Positions 1 to 12,716 of a stretch of DNA of 64,000 bases are shown here, piece by piece (position 1 is the stretch's first letter; each line of letters starts with the position of its first letter). The DNA comes from Rhina ancylostomus (taxonomy: Eukaryota), in contig JARFYF010000072.1 of the NCBI GenBank assembly GCA_030265395.1, positions 3,782,179 through 3,846,178 on the forward strand, given 5' to 3'. Below the pieces are notes generated by a model, which did not search any database, was not told the origin of the DNA, and saw only the letters and a list, made by a program, of their open reading frames with translations. The translations under genes were made by a program, and so were the position numbers.

Positions 1-858
1 AATTCAAGGTGACTTGGATAGGTTGGGTGAGTGGGCAGATACTTGGCAGATGAAGTTTAATGTGGATAAGTGTGAGGCTATCCACTTTGGGAGCAGGAAC
101 TGGAAGGCGGATTATTATCGAATGGTGTGGAGTTGGGTAACCGGGAAATACAAAGGGATCTAGGAATCCTTGTTAATCAGTTACTGAAAGTGAATGAGCA
201 AGTGCAGCAGGCAGTGATGAAGGCTAATGGAATGTTGGCCTGTATTACAATGGGAATTGAGTACAGAAGCAAAGAGATTCTTTTGCATTTGTACAGGGCC
301 TTGGTGAGACCACTCCTGGAGTATTGTGTACAGTTTTGGTCTCCAGGGTTAAGGAAAGATATCCTGGCAAAAGAGGGCGTGCAGCGTAGGTTTACGAGGT
401 TAATTCAGTGGATGTCGGGACTGTCTTATCTGAGAGGTTGGAGAGACTGGGATTATACACGCTAGAATTGAGGAGATTGAGAGGGGATCTGGTTGAAACA
501 TACAAGATTATTAAGGGATAGGACAAGATAGAGACAGGAAATATGTTTCAGATATTGGGGAAGACCAGGACCAGAGGGCATGATTTAAGAATAAGGGACA
601 GGCCATTTAGAACAGAGGGGAGGAAATTTTCTTCTCCCAGAGGGTTGTGAATTTGTGGAATGCAATGCCTCAGAGATCAGTGGAGGCCAATTCTCTGGGC
701 AGTTTCAAGAAGGAACGAGATAGGTTTCTTATGGTTGGCGGAATCAAGGGATATAGGGACAAGGCAAGAACAGGATATTGATTCAGCCATGATCTCAAAA
801 TGGCGGTGCAGACTCGAAGGGCCAAGTGGTCTACTTCTGCTCCTATTGTCTATTATGG
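1..858 (+). mobile_element. CR1-type LINE, 3' part of ORF2 (RT C-terminus) and 3' UTR
   Basis: Translates IQGDLDRLGEWADTWQMKFNVDKCE...LYRALVRPLLEYCVQFWSP; ends in a CR1-type tail ggccaagtggtctacttctgctcctattgtctattatg. Confidence 0.9.
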
Positions 859-1334
859 AACACTGTGGAAGAATCAATTTTGTCATAGTGGGTGACATCA
901 ACTTCCCCAATATTGACTGGGATTTCCTTAATGCTAGATAGTTAAATTGGCAGGATTTCCTCACTGAACCCAGTGAATCACTGAATCCTCACTTACGGCA
1001 CTAAACCCAGCTGAAAGACAAGACGGCGCCAAACTATCCCCTTTTAGATGGCTTTTCTTTCATTTCACCTGCGGCATTAAACTCACTTCATCCTACGGCC
1101 ATACGACGCCGCCAATGCTTTAATTGATCGGTAATTGAAAGAGATGGCGTTTATTATGGAAATAAACTAACCAATGGACAAATATTCAAACTGTCCAAAC
1201 TTCGTCACACGGAATAGAACCTTCAGCGTCCTCTGTTGAAATTCCTTCAAAACAACATTAAATTATTTTGTTTGTAATGTCCCTCGAAGGGTTAAATATA
1301 TTACTCAATGTCACAATGAGTAAAAATAGTTCAC

Positions 1335-1420
1335 ATCGGGTGTTTGTTCATTGGTTTGTGGATAATCTGACTGAGGAGGACACTAATTGATATAAACGAC
1401 GTTCAAGCTGTATAAGAGCT
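1335..1420 (+). promoter_or_regulatory. Putative core promoter of GPCR copy 1 (TATA-like TATAAGA at 1411)
   Basis: TATA-like box 73-75 nt upstream of the ATG in four copies (1411, 23066, 49204-49209 minus, 55432), preceded by a shared tgttcaNtggYttgtgga block. Confidence 0.55.
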
Positions 1421-1483
1421 CCCTGAACCAGAGCATGTGGGCAGTTGGAACCTTTGATCGCTGATCGCTGCTTCAGGTGGAAA

Positions 1484-4146
1484 ATGGGATATCCTGCAAT
1501 TTATCACATCGTCAGAATTTATTATCCTGTACTTGCAGCGGTCAGTATTCCTGGTAAGGTACTGGAACAGACTGGTATTAATATTGCTCCGTCAAATGCA
1601 TTATGCTTGCGGGGTTGCAGATTATCCGGATCTTGCTGGTCAGATACTCCGTCCATTGTATTATTGCAAAAAGTGGGTATTGAAAGAAAGCGATGCTGTT
1701 AATTTGTTCGAAAATGTCATTAATATTACTTTAATGGTGTGTTTCTGTTTGGAAATTGAAGTGGTTTCCATGCATTTACATATATTTGTTTTTGATCAAT
1801 CAAAGCATAAAATGCAAATTGATCTTTTATTATTAACACCGCCGAAAACCAGAAATACTGAAGAATGCTTACAAAGGGCACAATCGATCAGATTCAGCAT
1901 CAACGACACCTCCTTTCACATGCAATCAGGACTCGCCGGCGCTGAGACGTGTGTGGTTTGCCAATTGAGCCCTGGTCACTGCTGACCCCGCTCTGGCCTC
2001 TGGCAGTACGAGCACAATTGTGCTCACAATAGTGGGAAAGTTGATTGAAAGAGCGGGGAGAAAGCAAGGAGCCGATTCCTGGCAACAGCCATTCAGCCCA
2101 ATATAGCGCTGGCATTTTCTGTCTCTCACTGTAAATTGAGTTCTTCTTTTGCTGTCATCCCAAACTGAGGGAACTATAATTGCAGCGTCTCCACTGAATT
2201 CTGTATCGTCTAACTGTCAGGCTAAAAGCAATGACCCAAACTCTGCTGTCTGGCAGAAAGCACCAAAGGAACCTTGCCGGACGGAATAATAACACATGGT
2301 CCCTTAATGTCACCACCCTTCCGAATCCCCGTCAATTGTTCACCAGTGTAGTCATTGCGAAGTACCTCTATTTGGAATGTTTATTACGTGCTTAGTTGAC
2401 ATGTGCCATTTGGTATTCCATCGAAAAATATGATCTTTTTTGTGTCATCGCTGCACGTTGACAACACAACAAGGTAAATCAACAATTATTTTATCTGTTT
2501 TAAACACGTGGTTATGTCTGTGAATTATTTATTATGCGCTTCTCCAGACAAGAGTATTTTAGATCTTTAACTAGTGTCTGCGGTCCTTTTCCCACCACTA
2601 ACACTCTCCCTGTCAGCTCGACGCTGAGCGCCTTCGTCCACCGGGTGCGGGAGTATTCCTTGTATTTAATCATTTCGTTCATATGGTGCCTTGTTTCCCA
2701 TTTTTCTCTTTTACTATCGAATTAAATGATTACTGAGTTTATTAACCTTTATGGTTGGATACTGCTCGTAATTTCCAACAGCTTTTCTTTGACTGTGTTC
2801 ATCCCCATCGTTGTTTCACGAATCACGACTGTCCCGGCATTTTCTGCTTTTCACGTCCTGCGCGATGCGCTCTCAGCCGATCTATTCTGCACTGTGGATT
2901 ACCGCGTCCTGGACACATCGCTGGTATCTCCGTTCCTCAAAGCGGAGTGGTCAGAGAATGACGGCTCACTTTAACGGGGATAATATGATTCCCTGTCCCT
3001 GATTATGCCTGAGAGTTGTTTCACATCTTGTGACTTCATAAAGTTTTCCATGCTGTCTCCAAATATCTCTTGGAATAACACGTGATATCATCAAGATATT
3101 TTACAGATGCAGTTGTCAAATATATTAATTTCAAGAAGGGACCCAACTGAGGGCAGTTAATTTAAAGCAGTGCAATAACTTCAAGCAATGGGAAAATAAA
3201 ACAAAATATTCCGCTGCATGTTCCACTCCTCGAAAGACACCAAGCCCATTAAAATCATAGGGATGTCTTCCCCTTTGTATCCGCTCATCTATTCACTGCA
3301 TGACAGAAACACCGTCCGTCTCTCTGTTCTGAGCTCAGCCTCTGGCTGTCCTCCCTGTAGGCTGACTTCAGAGCGTGAAACTAGCGAGAAGTCAGCTGTA
3401 TGTTGCTTGCTGAGTGTAAGTCTGATGGGCCATCCACATCCCATTTCGTAAGCACAGTCGGAATGGTCGCCTGATGCAGCTCCAGGCACTGGCCTGATAC
3501 GAATATTAATTTTACTGTACAAATCAATAGACCAATCTAGATCCGTTCGGAGGTAACAGCAAATTTTATAATATATTTCAGTTAATTTAATGGCGATTGT
3601 AATCCTGTCCCGCGGAAAATGTGGTCTCTTAAAATACATCACTCGCTACCTGGTGGCCATGGCGGCAACAGATCTGATGGTGGTTATCGTCGCTGTGACA
3701 TTGGAGCAAATTAAAATGATCTATCTGTTTGCAACTTTCTTGTTCATAACTCCCCCGTCTGCGGTGAAACTTGTCCGATGAGTTGCAATCGCGGAGTGTT
3801 CCTTTTGGTTGATGGTTGTTTTCACTTTCGATCGTTACGTCGCCATCTGCTGTCAGAAACTGCGGAACCGCTATTGCACGGAGAGAATAGCAACTGTGGT
3901 AACAGTGATGGTGTGTGCAGGGAGCTGACCTGGGGCTATTCCCTTTTACTTTGCAGGAGATCCAAGGCGCTGCGTTGCCACAACCGAACATTTAACGTCG
4001 CCCGTGTGGAGAGTCTACAAGTTATATGACAGTTTCTTAACTCCGGTTTTACCAGTCTGTTTAATTCTACTGTTCAATACTTTAACAATTAGACACATTA
4101 TAGCGGCAAATCGAGTTCGCCGGGGACTTCGGAACAGCAGCGAGAA
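1484..4146 (+). pseudogene. GPR139/142-like GPCR copy 1 (exon 1 1484-1553, exon 2 3582 to gap), pseudogene
   Basis: Exon 1 MGYPAIYHIVRIYYPVLAAVSIP+G|GTAAGG; acceptor tttcag|TTAATTTA; exon 2 VNLMAIVILSRGKCG...FTFDRYVAIC; in-frame TGA at 3779 and 3926; cut by gap 4147-4246. Confidence 0.88.
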
Positions 4147-4374
4147 NNNNNNNNNNNNNNNNNNNNNNNNNNNNNNNNNNNNNNNNNNNNNNNNNNNNNN
4201 NNNNNNNNNNNNNNNNNNNNNNNNNNNNNNNNNNNNNNNNNNNNNNCTGGTCACCTGGCGGCAGCTCCATGTCGTGGCCTGATCCAAATATTAATATTAC
4301 TATACCAATCCATTCACACTGATGAATCTGGCTCAGTTGGGAAGTAACAACATATTTTTTCTGATTTGTTCTAG

Positions 4375-5249
4375 TTAATTTAACGGCGATTGTAATCCTG
4401 TCCCGCGGAAACTGTGGTCTCTCCAAATGCATCACTCGCTATCTTGTGACCATGGCGGCAGCAGATCTGATGGGCGTTATCGTCGTTGTTATCTTGGAGC
4501 AGATTAATTATATCTATTTGTTTGCTAATTCCTTGTTGAGAACTCCAGTGTCTACTATAATACTTGTCCAACGGCTTGCAACCACGGACTGTTCCGTTTG
4601 GTTGACGGTTGTTTTCACATTCGATCGCTACGTCGCCATCTGCTGTCAGAAGCTGCGGGCACGATATTGCACCGACAGAACGGCGATTGTGGTGACCGGG
4701 TCAGTCTGTGTATGGAGCTGTGTTCGGTCTATTCCGCTTTACTTTGCAATGGATCCACGGCACTGCGCTGCCAAAGCTGAATACTTCACATCACCCGTGT
4801 GGAGAGCCTACAGGTTATGTAACGGTATCGTGACTTTGGTATTACCAGTCTGCTTAATTCTTCTATTTAATACTTTAACTGTTGGACACATTATCGCGGC
4901 AAATCGTGTACGCCGGGAACTCCGGAACAGCAGCGGGAACAAGAAGGATCCAGAGGTGGAAAACCGGAGAAAGTCAATGATTTTATTGTTCGTTCTATCG
5001 GCCAATTTCATTTTACTCTGGATGCCCTGTTTTGTACACATTCTGAACTGGCAAGTGGAAAACTATTCCTACACAGACAGGTACCTCAGCACGCCGAGAT
5101 ATATCCTTCAACAGTTTGGGAATATGTTACAGTTTCTCAGTACCTGCACCAACACTTGTCTCTATGGATTGACACAGAGGAAATTTAGGGAGGAGCTGAA
5201 GAATGGTGTGAAATATCTGCTTCCGTTCAATGGCCAACTGGAGAAGTAA
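4375..5249 (+). CDS. GPR139/142-like GPCR copy 2, intact exon 2 (exon 1 not assembled)
   Basis: Acceptor ttctag at 4374; 875 nt open to TAA 5247-5249; TM2 MAAADL, TM3 FTFDRY, TM6 FILLWMP, TM7 TNTCLY, helix 8 KFREEL. Confidence 0.85.
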
Positions 5250-6850
5250 AATGCAAACCTGAATCGTTGAACTTCAAAACAATTGTTCGTACGTCTGTTC
5301 TATTTGAGGGTCAGGGGACTGCTGCTTCCAGATCGTAGTGTTTAATGTTGAGGTTTAATACGGGAAACTGATTCAGCAGATTAGGCAAAAACAATTTTAC
5401 TATTATATTCATAGCCGGATTATTGGTCCTTATATCTTGAGATTAAAGTCAACGGTGATTGATGAAAAATTAGCACAGAATATGAACAGGAACCTGTCGT
5501 ATTTCGCTGAAATAAACATTTTTTTTAACAAATGACTTCTTAATACGGAAGCAACAACAAAACTCGCTTACCAAACAGAAATCTGCGTTTAATCTGAAAA
5601 TAAATGTCACTTTTTAGTGCCTGTTTTCGCAGAATTTGTATTACAAATATATTTCCAACGTATGAAGTGGACAGCGCTGCAATAGTTGTCGAGATCATGG
5701 TTGTTCTCTTGCTCAGAGCAACATGTCCGTGCTAGGTAGATAGGTTCTCGTGGTGAGGAATAATGAAGTATCAATCGGTGCAGTACAACGGTCTGTCAGG
5801 GATGTGACATCATCAGTTTAGGCTCGCCCATTGCACTTCAGAGCAGCTGACGCCTTTGATGTCCTCGGAATGCCGGACACTCGTCTGCATTTTGCTTTGC
5901 TAATGCGGTATTGTGACCATGCTTTGCGCTGATCGTCAGTAAAAGTTAGAATTGTGTTAACGTCTCTTTGAACTTATCACGCCCCTCTTTTTTGTCGCTT
6001 GTAGTAACGTAATCTTCTGAGGCCAAGTCAATTTCTTCGGCGGAGTCAACTGTCATTAAAACGGACTGGTTGCAAACGGGATGAATTTAAACAGAAAGCC
6101 AGCTTATGATCTTCCTGCACTCCCCGTGCTTCTGGGGAATACAGGCACGCTACTTAAAATGGGATTCTCTTCTGTTGTAGAAGAGAGCTATATGTTTTGA
6201 TCGGTTTTGAATGGACGAATCATATATTCCATTTAGTCCATTGATTACAGCTGGTTCCAAAGGGGTGAAATAAGACAGGATGTTCTTCTCATGCAAAAGG
6301 ACAAAAGGAAGTGGCTTGATCTGGGAATAAAAGAGAGATTTTGCAACTGATGGAGAGCAATTTGGAGTAGAAACGTATATAGTTCTGACCATAACAGAGA
6401 AGCGACTGCAATAATTGTTGCGTTTCGTAAAAAACACAAAGGAGGGGAGAGCATCGACGTTTCACAGGTGAGAAGTCTTCCTTCCTTGCATTAGTTGAGC
6501 AGGTTTCAGCTTCAAACTGTTGACAGACAGAGAGGCGTGGGGGTTTATTGAAGGCTCTTCCACCTGCCGTTGCCAGGATGCGACAGCTGTGTTTACTGTG
6601 AGAGTTGCTAATTCTGTATTAAAACAGTTTTCATCAACGGTCGGATTGCCAACGGAACACAATTGTAGTGAACCAGCCTTTGGCAATCGGAGGTTGAACT
6701 TCCATATTCCAAATAAATACAAATAAATATATGTGCAGATAGTATTGTGTTTCTTGTAGATTAATCTTCTTGAATAAACGACATTCTTGGAATTAAATAC
6801 AGTAGGGTTTGCATCCTCAGAAGAGCGCAACATTGTTGCTGGATCATCAG

Positions 6851-6924
6851 TGTCCCTGAGTGGAATCGAACCACCAACCTTTCTGTCAGCAACCGACTGA
6901 GCAGACGGAATACCCCACGGAGAC
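6851..6924 (-). pseudogene. tRNA-Asn-derived pseudogene with perfect B box
   Basis: Reverse complement GTCTCCGTGG...AGAAAGGTTGGTGGTTCGATTCCACTCAGGGACA is 74 nt and collinear with vertebrate tRNA-Asn(GTT); D arm and anticodon (GCT) degenerate. Confidence 0.8.
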
Positions 6925-7708
6925 TTACTGAATTAAGCGGTAATAAATAGGCCATCATTGGGATGGGTGGCGGTGAGCAGTGATCGGTATTGTGGCTCAG
7001 CTTTACAAAATAACTTTGGCCGGAGGGGGAAGGGATATGTGTATATTGACACAGCTATGTTGATGATACAAATCTGGGTGCCCTTGCGTGTTGAGTATAT
7101 TTTTGGTGCACCTTAGTTGTAGTTATATACTTTCTATCCTGAAAGATTGAAGGACGTTGGTGTCCTGAGGAACTCCGATGACCATGTACACAAAATACTG
7201 ACAATCAACACGAAGGGTCAGTAAGTGAGTCGGAGACAAATGGTATTTCGGCCTTTATTGCAAGCGGGTTTGCATTCGGGAATAAACACGTCTCACTGGA
7301 GTTATACAAGGCCCTGGGGAGGTGGCATCTGGAATACACAATCATGTGAATTAGGGGTATTATTCGGCCATTTGGCCTCTTGGAGCTTTCTCGAACATAT
7401 ACTCTATATTAGACTCTACTACCACACGTTCCAGGCACCCACCACTCTCTGTATGAAAGGTCGACCTCTGACATCTCCCCTNNNNNNNNNNNNNNNNNNN
7501 NNNNNNNNNNNNNNNNNNNNNNNNNNNNNNNNNNNNNNNNNNNNNNNNNNNNNNNNNNNNNNNNNNNNNNNNNNNNNNNNNCTGGTCACCTGGCGGCAGC
7601 TCCATGTCGTGGCCTGATCCAAATATTAATATTACTATACCAATCCATTCACACTGATAAATCTGGCTCATTTGGGAATTAACTACATATTTTTCTGATT
7701 TGTTCTAG

Positions 7709-8583
7709 TTAATTTAACGGCGATTGTGATCCTGTCCCGCGGAAACTGTGGTCTCTCCAAATGCATCACTCGCTACCTTGTGACCATGGCGGAAGCAGAT
7801 CTGATGGGCGTTATCGTCGTTGTTATCTTGGAGCATATTAATTATATCCATTTGTTTGCTAATTTCTTGTTGAGAACTCCAGTGTGTACTATGATACTTG
7901 TCCTACGGCTTGCAACCACGGACTGTTCCGTTTGGTTGACGGTTGTTTTCACATTCGATCGCTAGGTCGCCGTCTGCTGTCAGAAGCTGCGGGCATGATA
8001 TTGCACAGACAGAACGGCGATTGTGGTGACCGGGTCAGTCTGTGTCTGGAGCTGTGTTCGGTCTATTCCACTTTACTTTGCAATGAATCCACGGCACTGC
8101 GCTGCCAAAGCTGAATACTTAACATCACCCGTGTGGAGTGCCTACAGGTTATGTAACGGTATCGTGACTTTGGTATTACCAGTCTGCTTAATTCTGTTAT
8201 TTAATACTTTAACTGTTGGACACATTATCGCGGCAAATCGTGTACGCCGAGAACTCCGGAACAGCAGCGAGAACAAGAAGGATCCAGAGGTGGAAAACCG
8301 GAGAAAGTCAATGATTTTATTGTTTGTTCTATCGGCCAATTTCATTTTACTCTGGATGCCCTGTTTTGTACATATTCTGAACTGGCAAGTGGAAGACTAT
8401 TCCTACACAGACAGGTACCTCAGCACGCCGAGATATAACCTACAGCAGTTTGGGAATATGTTACAGTTTCTCAGTACCTGCACCAACACTTGTCTCTATG
8501 GATTGACACAGAGGAAATTTAGGGAGGAGCTGAAGAATGGTGTGAAATATCTGCTTCCGTTCAATGGCCAACTGGAGAAGTAA
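7709..8583 (+). pseudogene. GPR139/142-like GPCR copy 3 exon 2, pseudogene
   Basis: Same 875-nt exon as copy 2, but DRY becomes DR* (TAG 7963-7965) and CGA becomes TGA at 7996. Confidence 0.88.
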
Positions 8584-10184
8584 AATGCAAACCTGAATCG
8601 TTGAACTTCAAAACAATTGTTCGTACGTCTGTTCTATTTGAGGGTCAGGGGACTGCTGCTTCCAGATCGTAGTGTTTAATGTTGAGGTTTAATACGGGAA
8701 ACTGATTCAGCAGATTAGGCAATAGCAATTTTACTATTATATTCATAGCCGGATTATTGGCCCATATATCTTGAGGTTAAAGTCCACGGTGATTGATGAA
8801 AAAATAGCACAGAATTTTAACAGGAACCTGTCGTATTTCTCTGCAATAAACATATTTTAACAAATGACTTCTTAATACGGAAGCAACAGCAAAACTCGCT
8901 TACCAAACAGAAATCCGCGATTAATCTGAAAAAAAAAGTCATTTTTGAGTGCCTGTTTTCGCAGATTTTGTTTTACAAATATATTTCCAACATATGAAGT
9001 GGACCGCGCTGCAATAGTTGTCGAGATCATGGTTGCTCTCGTGCTCAGAGCAACATGTCCGTGCTAGGTAGATAGGTTCCCGTGGTGAGGAACAATGAAG
9101 TATCAATCGGTCCAGTACAACGGTCTGTCAGGTATGTCACATCATCAGTTTAGGCTCGCCCATTGCACTTCAGAGCAGCTGACGCCTTTGATGTCTTCGG
9201 AATGCCGGACACTCGTCTGCATTTTTCTTTGCTAAGGCGGTATTGTGATCATGCTTTGCGCTGATCGTCAGTAAAAGTTAGAATTGTATTAACGTCTCTT
9301 TGAACTTATCGTGCCCCTCTCTTTTGTCGCTTGTAGTAACGTAATCTTCTGAGGCTAAGTCAATTTCTTCGGCGGAGTCAACGGTCATTAAAACGGACTG
9401 GTTGCAAACGGGATGAATTTAAACAGAAAGCCAGTTTGTGATCTTCCTGCACTCCCCGTGCTTCTGGGGAATACAGACACGCTATTTAAAATGGGATTCT
9501 CTTCTGTTGTAGAAGAGAGCTATATGTTTGTATCGGTTTTGAATGGACGAATCATATATTCCATTTAGTCCATTGATTACAGCTGGTTCCAAAGGGGTGA
9601 AATAAGACAGGATGTTCTTCTCATGCAAAAGGACAAAAGGAAGTGGCTTGATCTGGGAATAAAAGAGAGATTTTGCAACTGATGGAGAGCAATTTGGAGT
9701 AGAAACGTATATAGTTCTGACCATAACAGAGAAGCGACTGCAATAATTGTTGCGAGTGTTCCGTAAAAAACACAAAGGAGAGGAGAGCATCGACGTTCCA
9801 CAGGTGAGAAGTCTTCCTTCCTTGCATTAGTTGAGCAGGTTTCAGCTTCAAACTGTTGACAGGCAGAGAGGCGTGGGGGTTTATTGAAGGCTCTTCCACC
9901 TGCCGTTGCCAGGATGCGACAGCTGTGTTTACTGTAACAGTTGCTAATTCTGTATTAAAACAGTTTTCATCAACGGTCGGATTGCAACAGAACACAATTG
10001 TAGTGAACCAGCCTTTGGCAATCGGAGGTTGAGTTTCCATATTCTAAATAAATACAAATAAATATATGTGCAGATAGTATTGTGTTTCTTGTAGATTAAT
10101 CTTCTTGAATAAAGACGTTCTTGGAATTAAATACAGTAGGGGTTCCATCCTCAGGAGAGAGCAACATGGTTGCTGGATCATCAG

Positions 10185-10258
10185 TGTCCCTGAGTGGAAT
10201 CGAACCACCCACCTTTCTGTCAGCAACCGAATGAGCAGACGGAATACCCCACGGACAC
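10185..10258 (-). pseudogene. tRNA-Asn-derived pseudogene
   Basis: Paralog of 6851-6924; B box GGTTCGATTCC at 10196-10206. Confidence 0.8.
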
Positions 10259-11477
10259 TTCCTAAATTAAGCGGTAATAAATGGGCCATCATTGGGATGG
10301 GTGGCGGTGAGCAGTGATCGGTACTGTGACTCAGCTTTACACAATAACTTTGGCCGGAGGGGGAGGGGATATGTGTATATTGACACAGCTATGTTGATGA
10401 TACAAATCTGGATGCCCTTGCGTGTTGAGTATAGTTTTGGTGCACCTTAGTTATAGTTATATACTTTCTATGCTGAAAGATTGAAGGATGTTGGTGTCCT
10501 GAGGAACTCCGATGACCATGTACACAAAATGCTGACAATCAACGCGAAGGGTCAGTAAGTGAGTCGGGAGACACATGGTATTTCGGCCTTTATTGCAAGC
10601 GGGTTTGCATTCGGGAATAAATACGTCTCACTGGAGTTATACAAGGCCCTGGGGAGGTGGCACCTTGAATACACGATCATGTGAATTAGGGGTATTATTC
10701 GGCCATTTGGCCTCTTCGAGCTTTCTCGAACATTCAGTAATATCATGGCTATTATGATTTTATTCTCAACTCCACATCCCCGCCTCATCAATGACCTTTC
10801 ACACCTTGCTGATTAACCATTTGATCATCACTGCCTGAAACTATTTGCAGACTCTGCTTTTTGCTCTACTTAGATACACCACCTTTTGAGGAAAGGAGTT
10901 TCAAAGACACACGGCCTATGTTTACATCCCGAGCCCTCTACATTCTCCAGTGGATACAATTAGTGTGTTCATGGACGGACGGGAACAATAATTTTCCAGA
11001 CAGAGGAAAATAACTGATCCTGAACTGAAAACAGAAACTGCAGGAAACACTCAGCAGGTTAGGCAACATCTGTGGAGGAGAAACAGAGTTAACGTTTCAC
11101 ACTGAACGCCGCGCGGGTCGTTGGATGTAGGGAGTCTCAATCAGAGAGTGACAGGGTTTCCTCACCCCGCCACTATACTCCCAAACCTCATACAGTGTTA
11201 CCCAGAGCTATGGACAATCAGTTCGATGAGTGCAACGGCGCTGCACGTTCCAGACCGGTCCATGCATTGTCAGAGTGAATGTTGCCACATTTATCATTCA
11301 TACAGTAGTGGAGCAAATGATCATAGAACATAGAACCGTGCAACGGAGTCCGGGCCCTTTGGCCCACGATGTTGTGCNNNNNNNNNNNNNNNNNNNNNNN
11401 NNNNNNNNNNNNNNNNNNNNNNNNNNNNNNNNNNNNNNNNNNNNNNNNNNNNNNNNNNNNNNNNNNNNNNNNNNNNN

Positions 11478-12069
11478 AATGAATTCTATTAAATACCAGC
11501 AAATTATGGAAGCAAATATCACACAATTTTTTTTAAAAAAGCTGAAGATGAAAAGAGGGTGGCTTATACAACAGGCTAACAATCCTAAACACCTCAAAAT
11601 CCACAATGGACTACCTCAGAGGCACAAGCTGAAGGTTTTGCCATAGCGCTCACAGTCCCCTGACCTAAACATCATCGAAAATCTGTGGAGAGACCGCAAA
11701 AGAGCAGTGCATGCAACACTGCTCAAGAATCTCTCAGAACTAAAAGCTTTTCCCAAGGAAGAATGGGCGAAAATCCCTCAAACAAGAATTGAAAGACTCT
11801 TAGCTGGCTACAGAACTGTTTACAAGCTGTGATACTTGCCAAGGGGGTGTTACTAAGTACTGACCATGCAGGGTGCCCAAACGTTATTTAGTTCATTTTT
11901 TTGTTATTTTGCAACTGTAAAAGATGGAAATAAAAAACGTAATATTGCTTAATATTAAACAAATGAGTGATCTTTATACATTTTGAAAATCAAGTCATAT
12001 TTTACTCGCTTAGCTAATCGCAGTAACAGAATTTTTGACCAGGGGTGCACAAACTTTTGCAAACCACTC
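11478..12069 (+). mobile_element. Tc1-family DNA transposon, 3' half (decayed transposase and terminal repeat)
   Basis: QQANNPKH (QDNDPKH-like) and SPDLNIIENLW motifs; terminal ggggtgcacaaacttttgcaaaccact followed by TA. Confidence 0.88.
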
Positions 12070-12642
12070 TATTAAGTCTATTTATTATAGCTGGTGCCAA
12101 ATTGGTGAAATTTGTCAGAAAGTGCATGCCATGCAAAGGGAAGTTTATTGATCTGTGTATAAAACGGAGATTTTGCAACTAATGGAGAATAATTTGGAGT
12201 AGAATTGTAGATGGTTCTGAGGACCATCACAGAGAAGCGACGTGTTGCGCGTGTTTCATTCGTTAAGCAGGTTTTCACTTCAAACTCTTGTCATGGCCGA
12301 GAAGCATAGGGGTTTTTTGAAGGCCCTTGCATCTGCCATTGCCAGGAGCAACTAAAAGGATGCGACGTCTGGGTTTACTGTAACTGTGTAAACTGTTGCT
12401 AATTCTGTATTAAAACAATTTTCATCAACAGGCTGATTGCATCAGAACAAAATTGGAGTGAACAATCCTTTGGAAATAGGAGGCTGATCTTTCATTGTTC
12501 AAAATAAATGCGAATAAAGAAATGTACGGATAGTATTGTTTGTCCTGCAGATTTTGCTTCGTGACCACACCATATTTTTGGAATGAAATACAGCAGAGCA
12601 TTCCAGCCTCAGAAGAGCGCAACATTGCTGCTGGATTATCAG

Positions 12643-12716
12643 TGTCTCTGAGCAGACTCGAACCATCAACCTTTCTGCTTGTAGCCGAATGAGCTGACCG
12701 AATACGCTACGGAGGC
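12643..12716 (-). pseudogene. tRNA-Asn-derived pseudogene in an orphan GPCR 3'-flank module
   Basis: Reverse complement GCCTCCGTAGCGTATTCGGTCAGC...AGAAAGGTTGATGGTTCGAGTCTGCTCAGAGACA, 74 nt; flanks homologous to the 6851 and 10185 copies. Confidence 0.75.

Larger units (their letters stand above)
4247..10730 (+). repeat. Near-identical ~3.2-kb tandem duplicate (4247-~7400 vs 7582-~10730)
   Basis: Both blocks start ctggtcacctggcggcagctcc directly after a gap and align through exon 2, the 3' flank, the tRNA-like element and CR1 debris at an offset of ~3334 nt. Confidence 0.9.

Noticed and set aside
1445-1483. Longer N-terminus, or upstream exon using ttcag before the ATG
   Set aside because: The ORF-track starts are TTG/GTG; the AG is absent in intact copy 8; a TATA-like box sits just upstream
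3926-3928. TGA at a cysteine position as selenocysteine recoding
   Set aside because: Same copy has another TGA at an Arg codon (3779); no SECIS recognised; simple pseudogenisation explains both
4808-5041. Recurrent antisense ORFs (KLADRTNNKIIDF...) in several copies
   Set aside because: Shadow of the conserved sense codons; no independent evidence
4446-5249. Receptors as intronless single-ORF genes
   Set aside because: ORF-track starts are internal GTG codons; a conserved acceptor and the 70-nt exon 1 are needed to complete TM1
6851-12716. Asn-derived elements as functional tRNAs with new anticodons, or as SINEs
   Set aside because: Stems are broken; no SINE body or tail; flanks on both sides are homologous to the tRNA cassette
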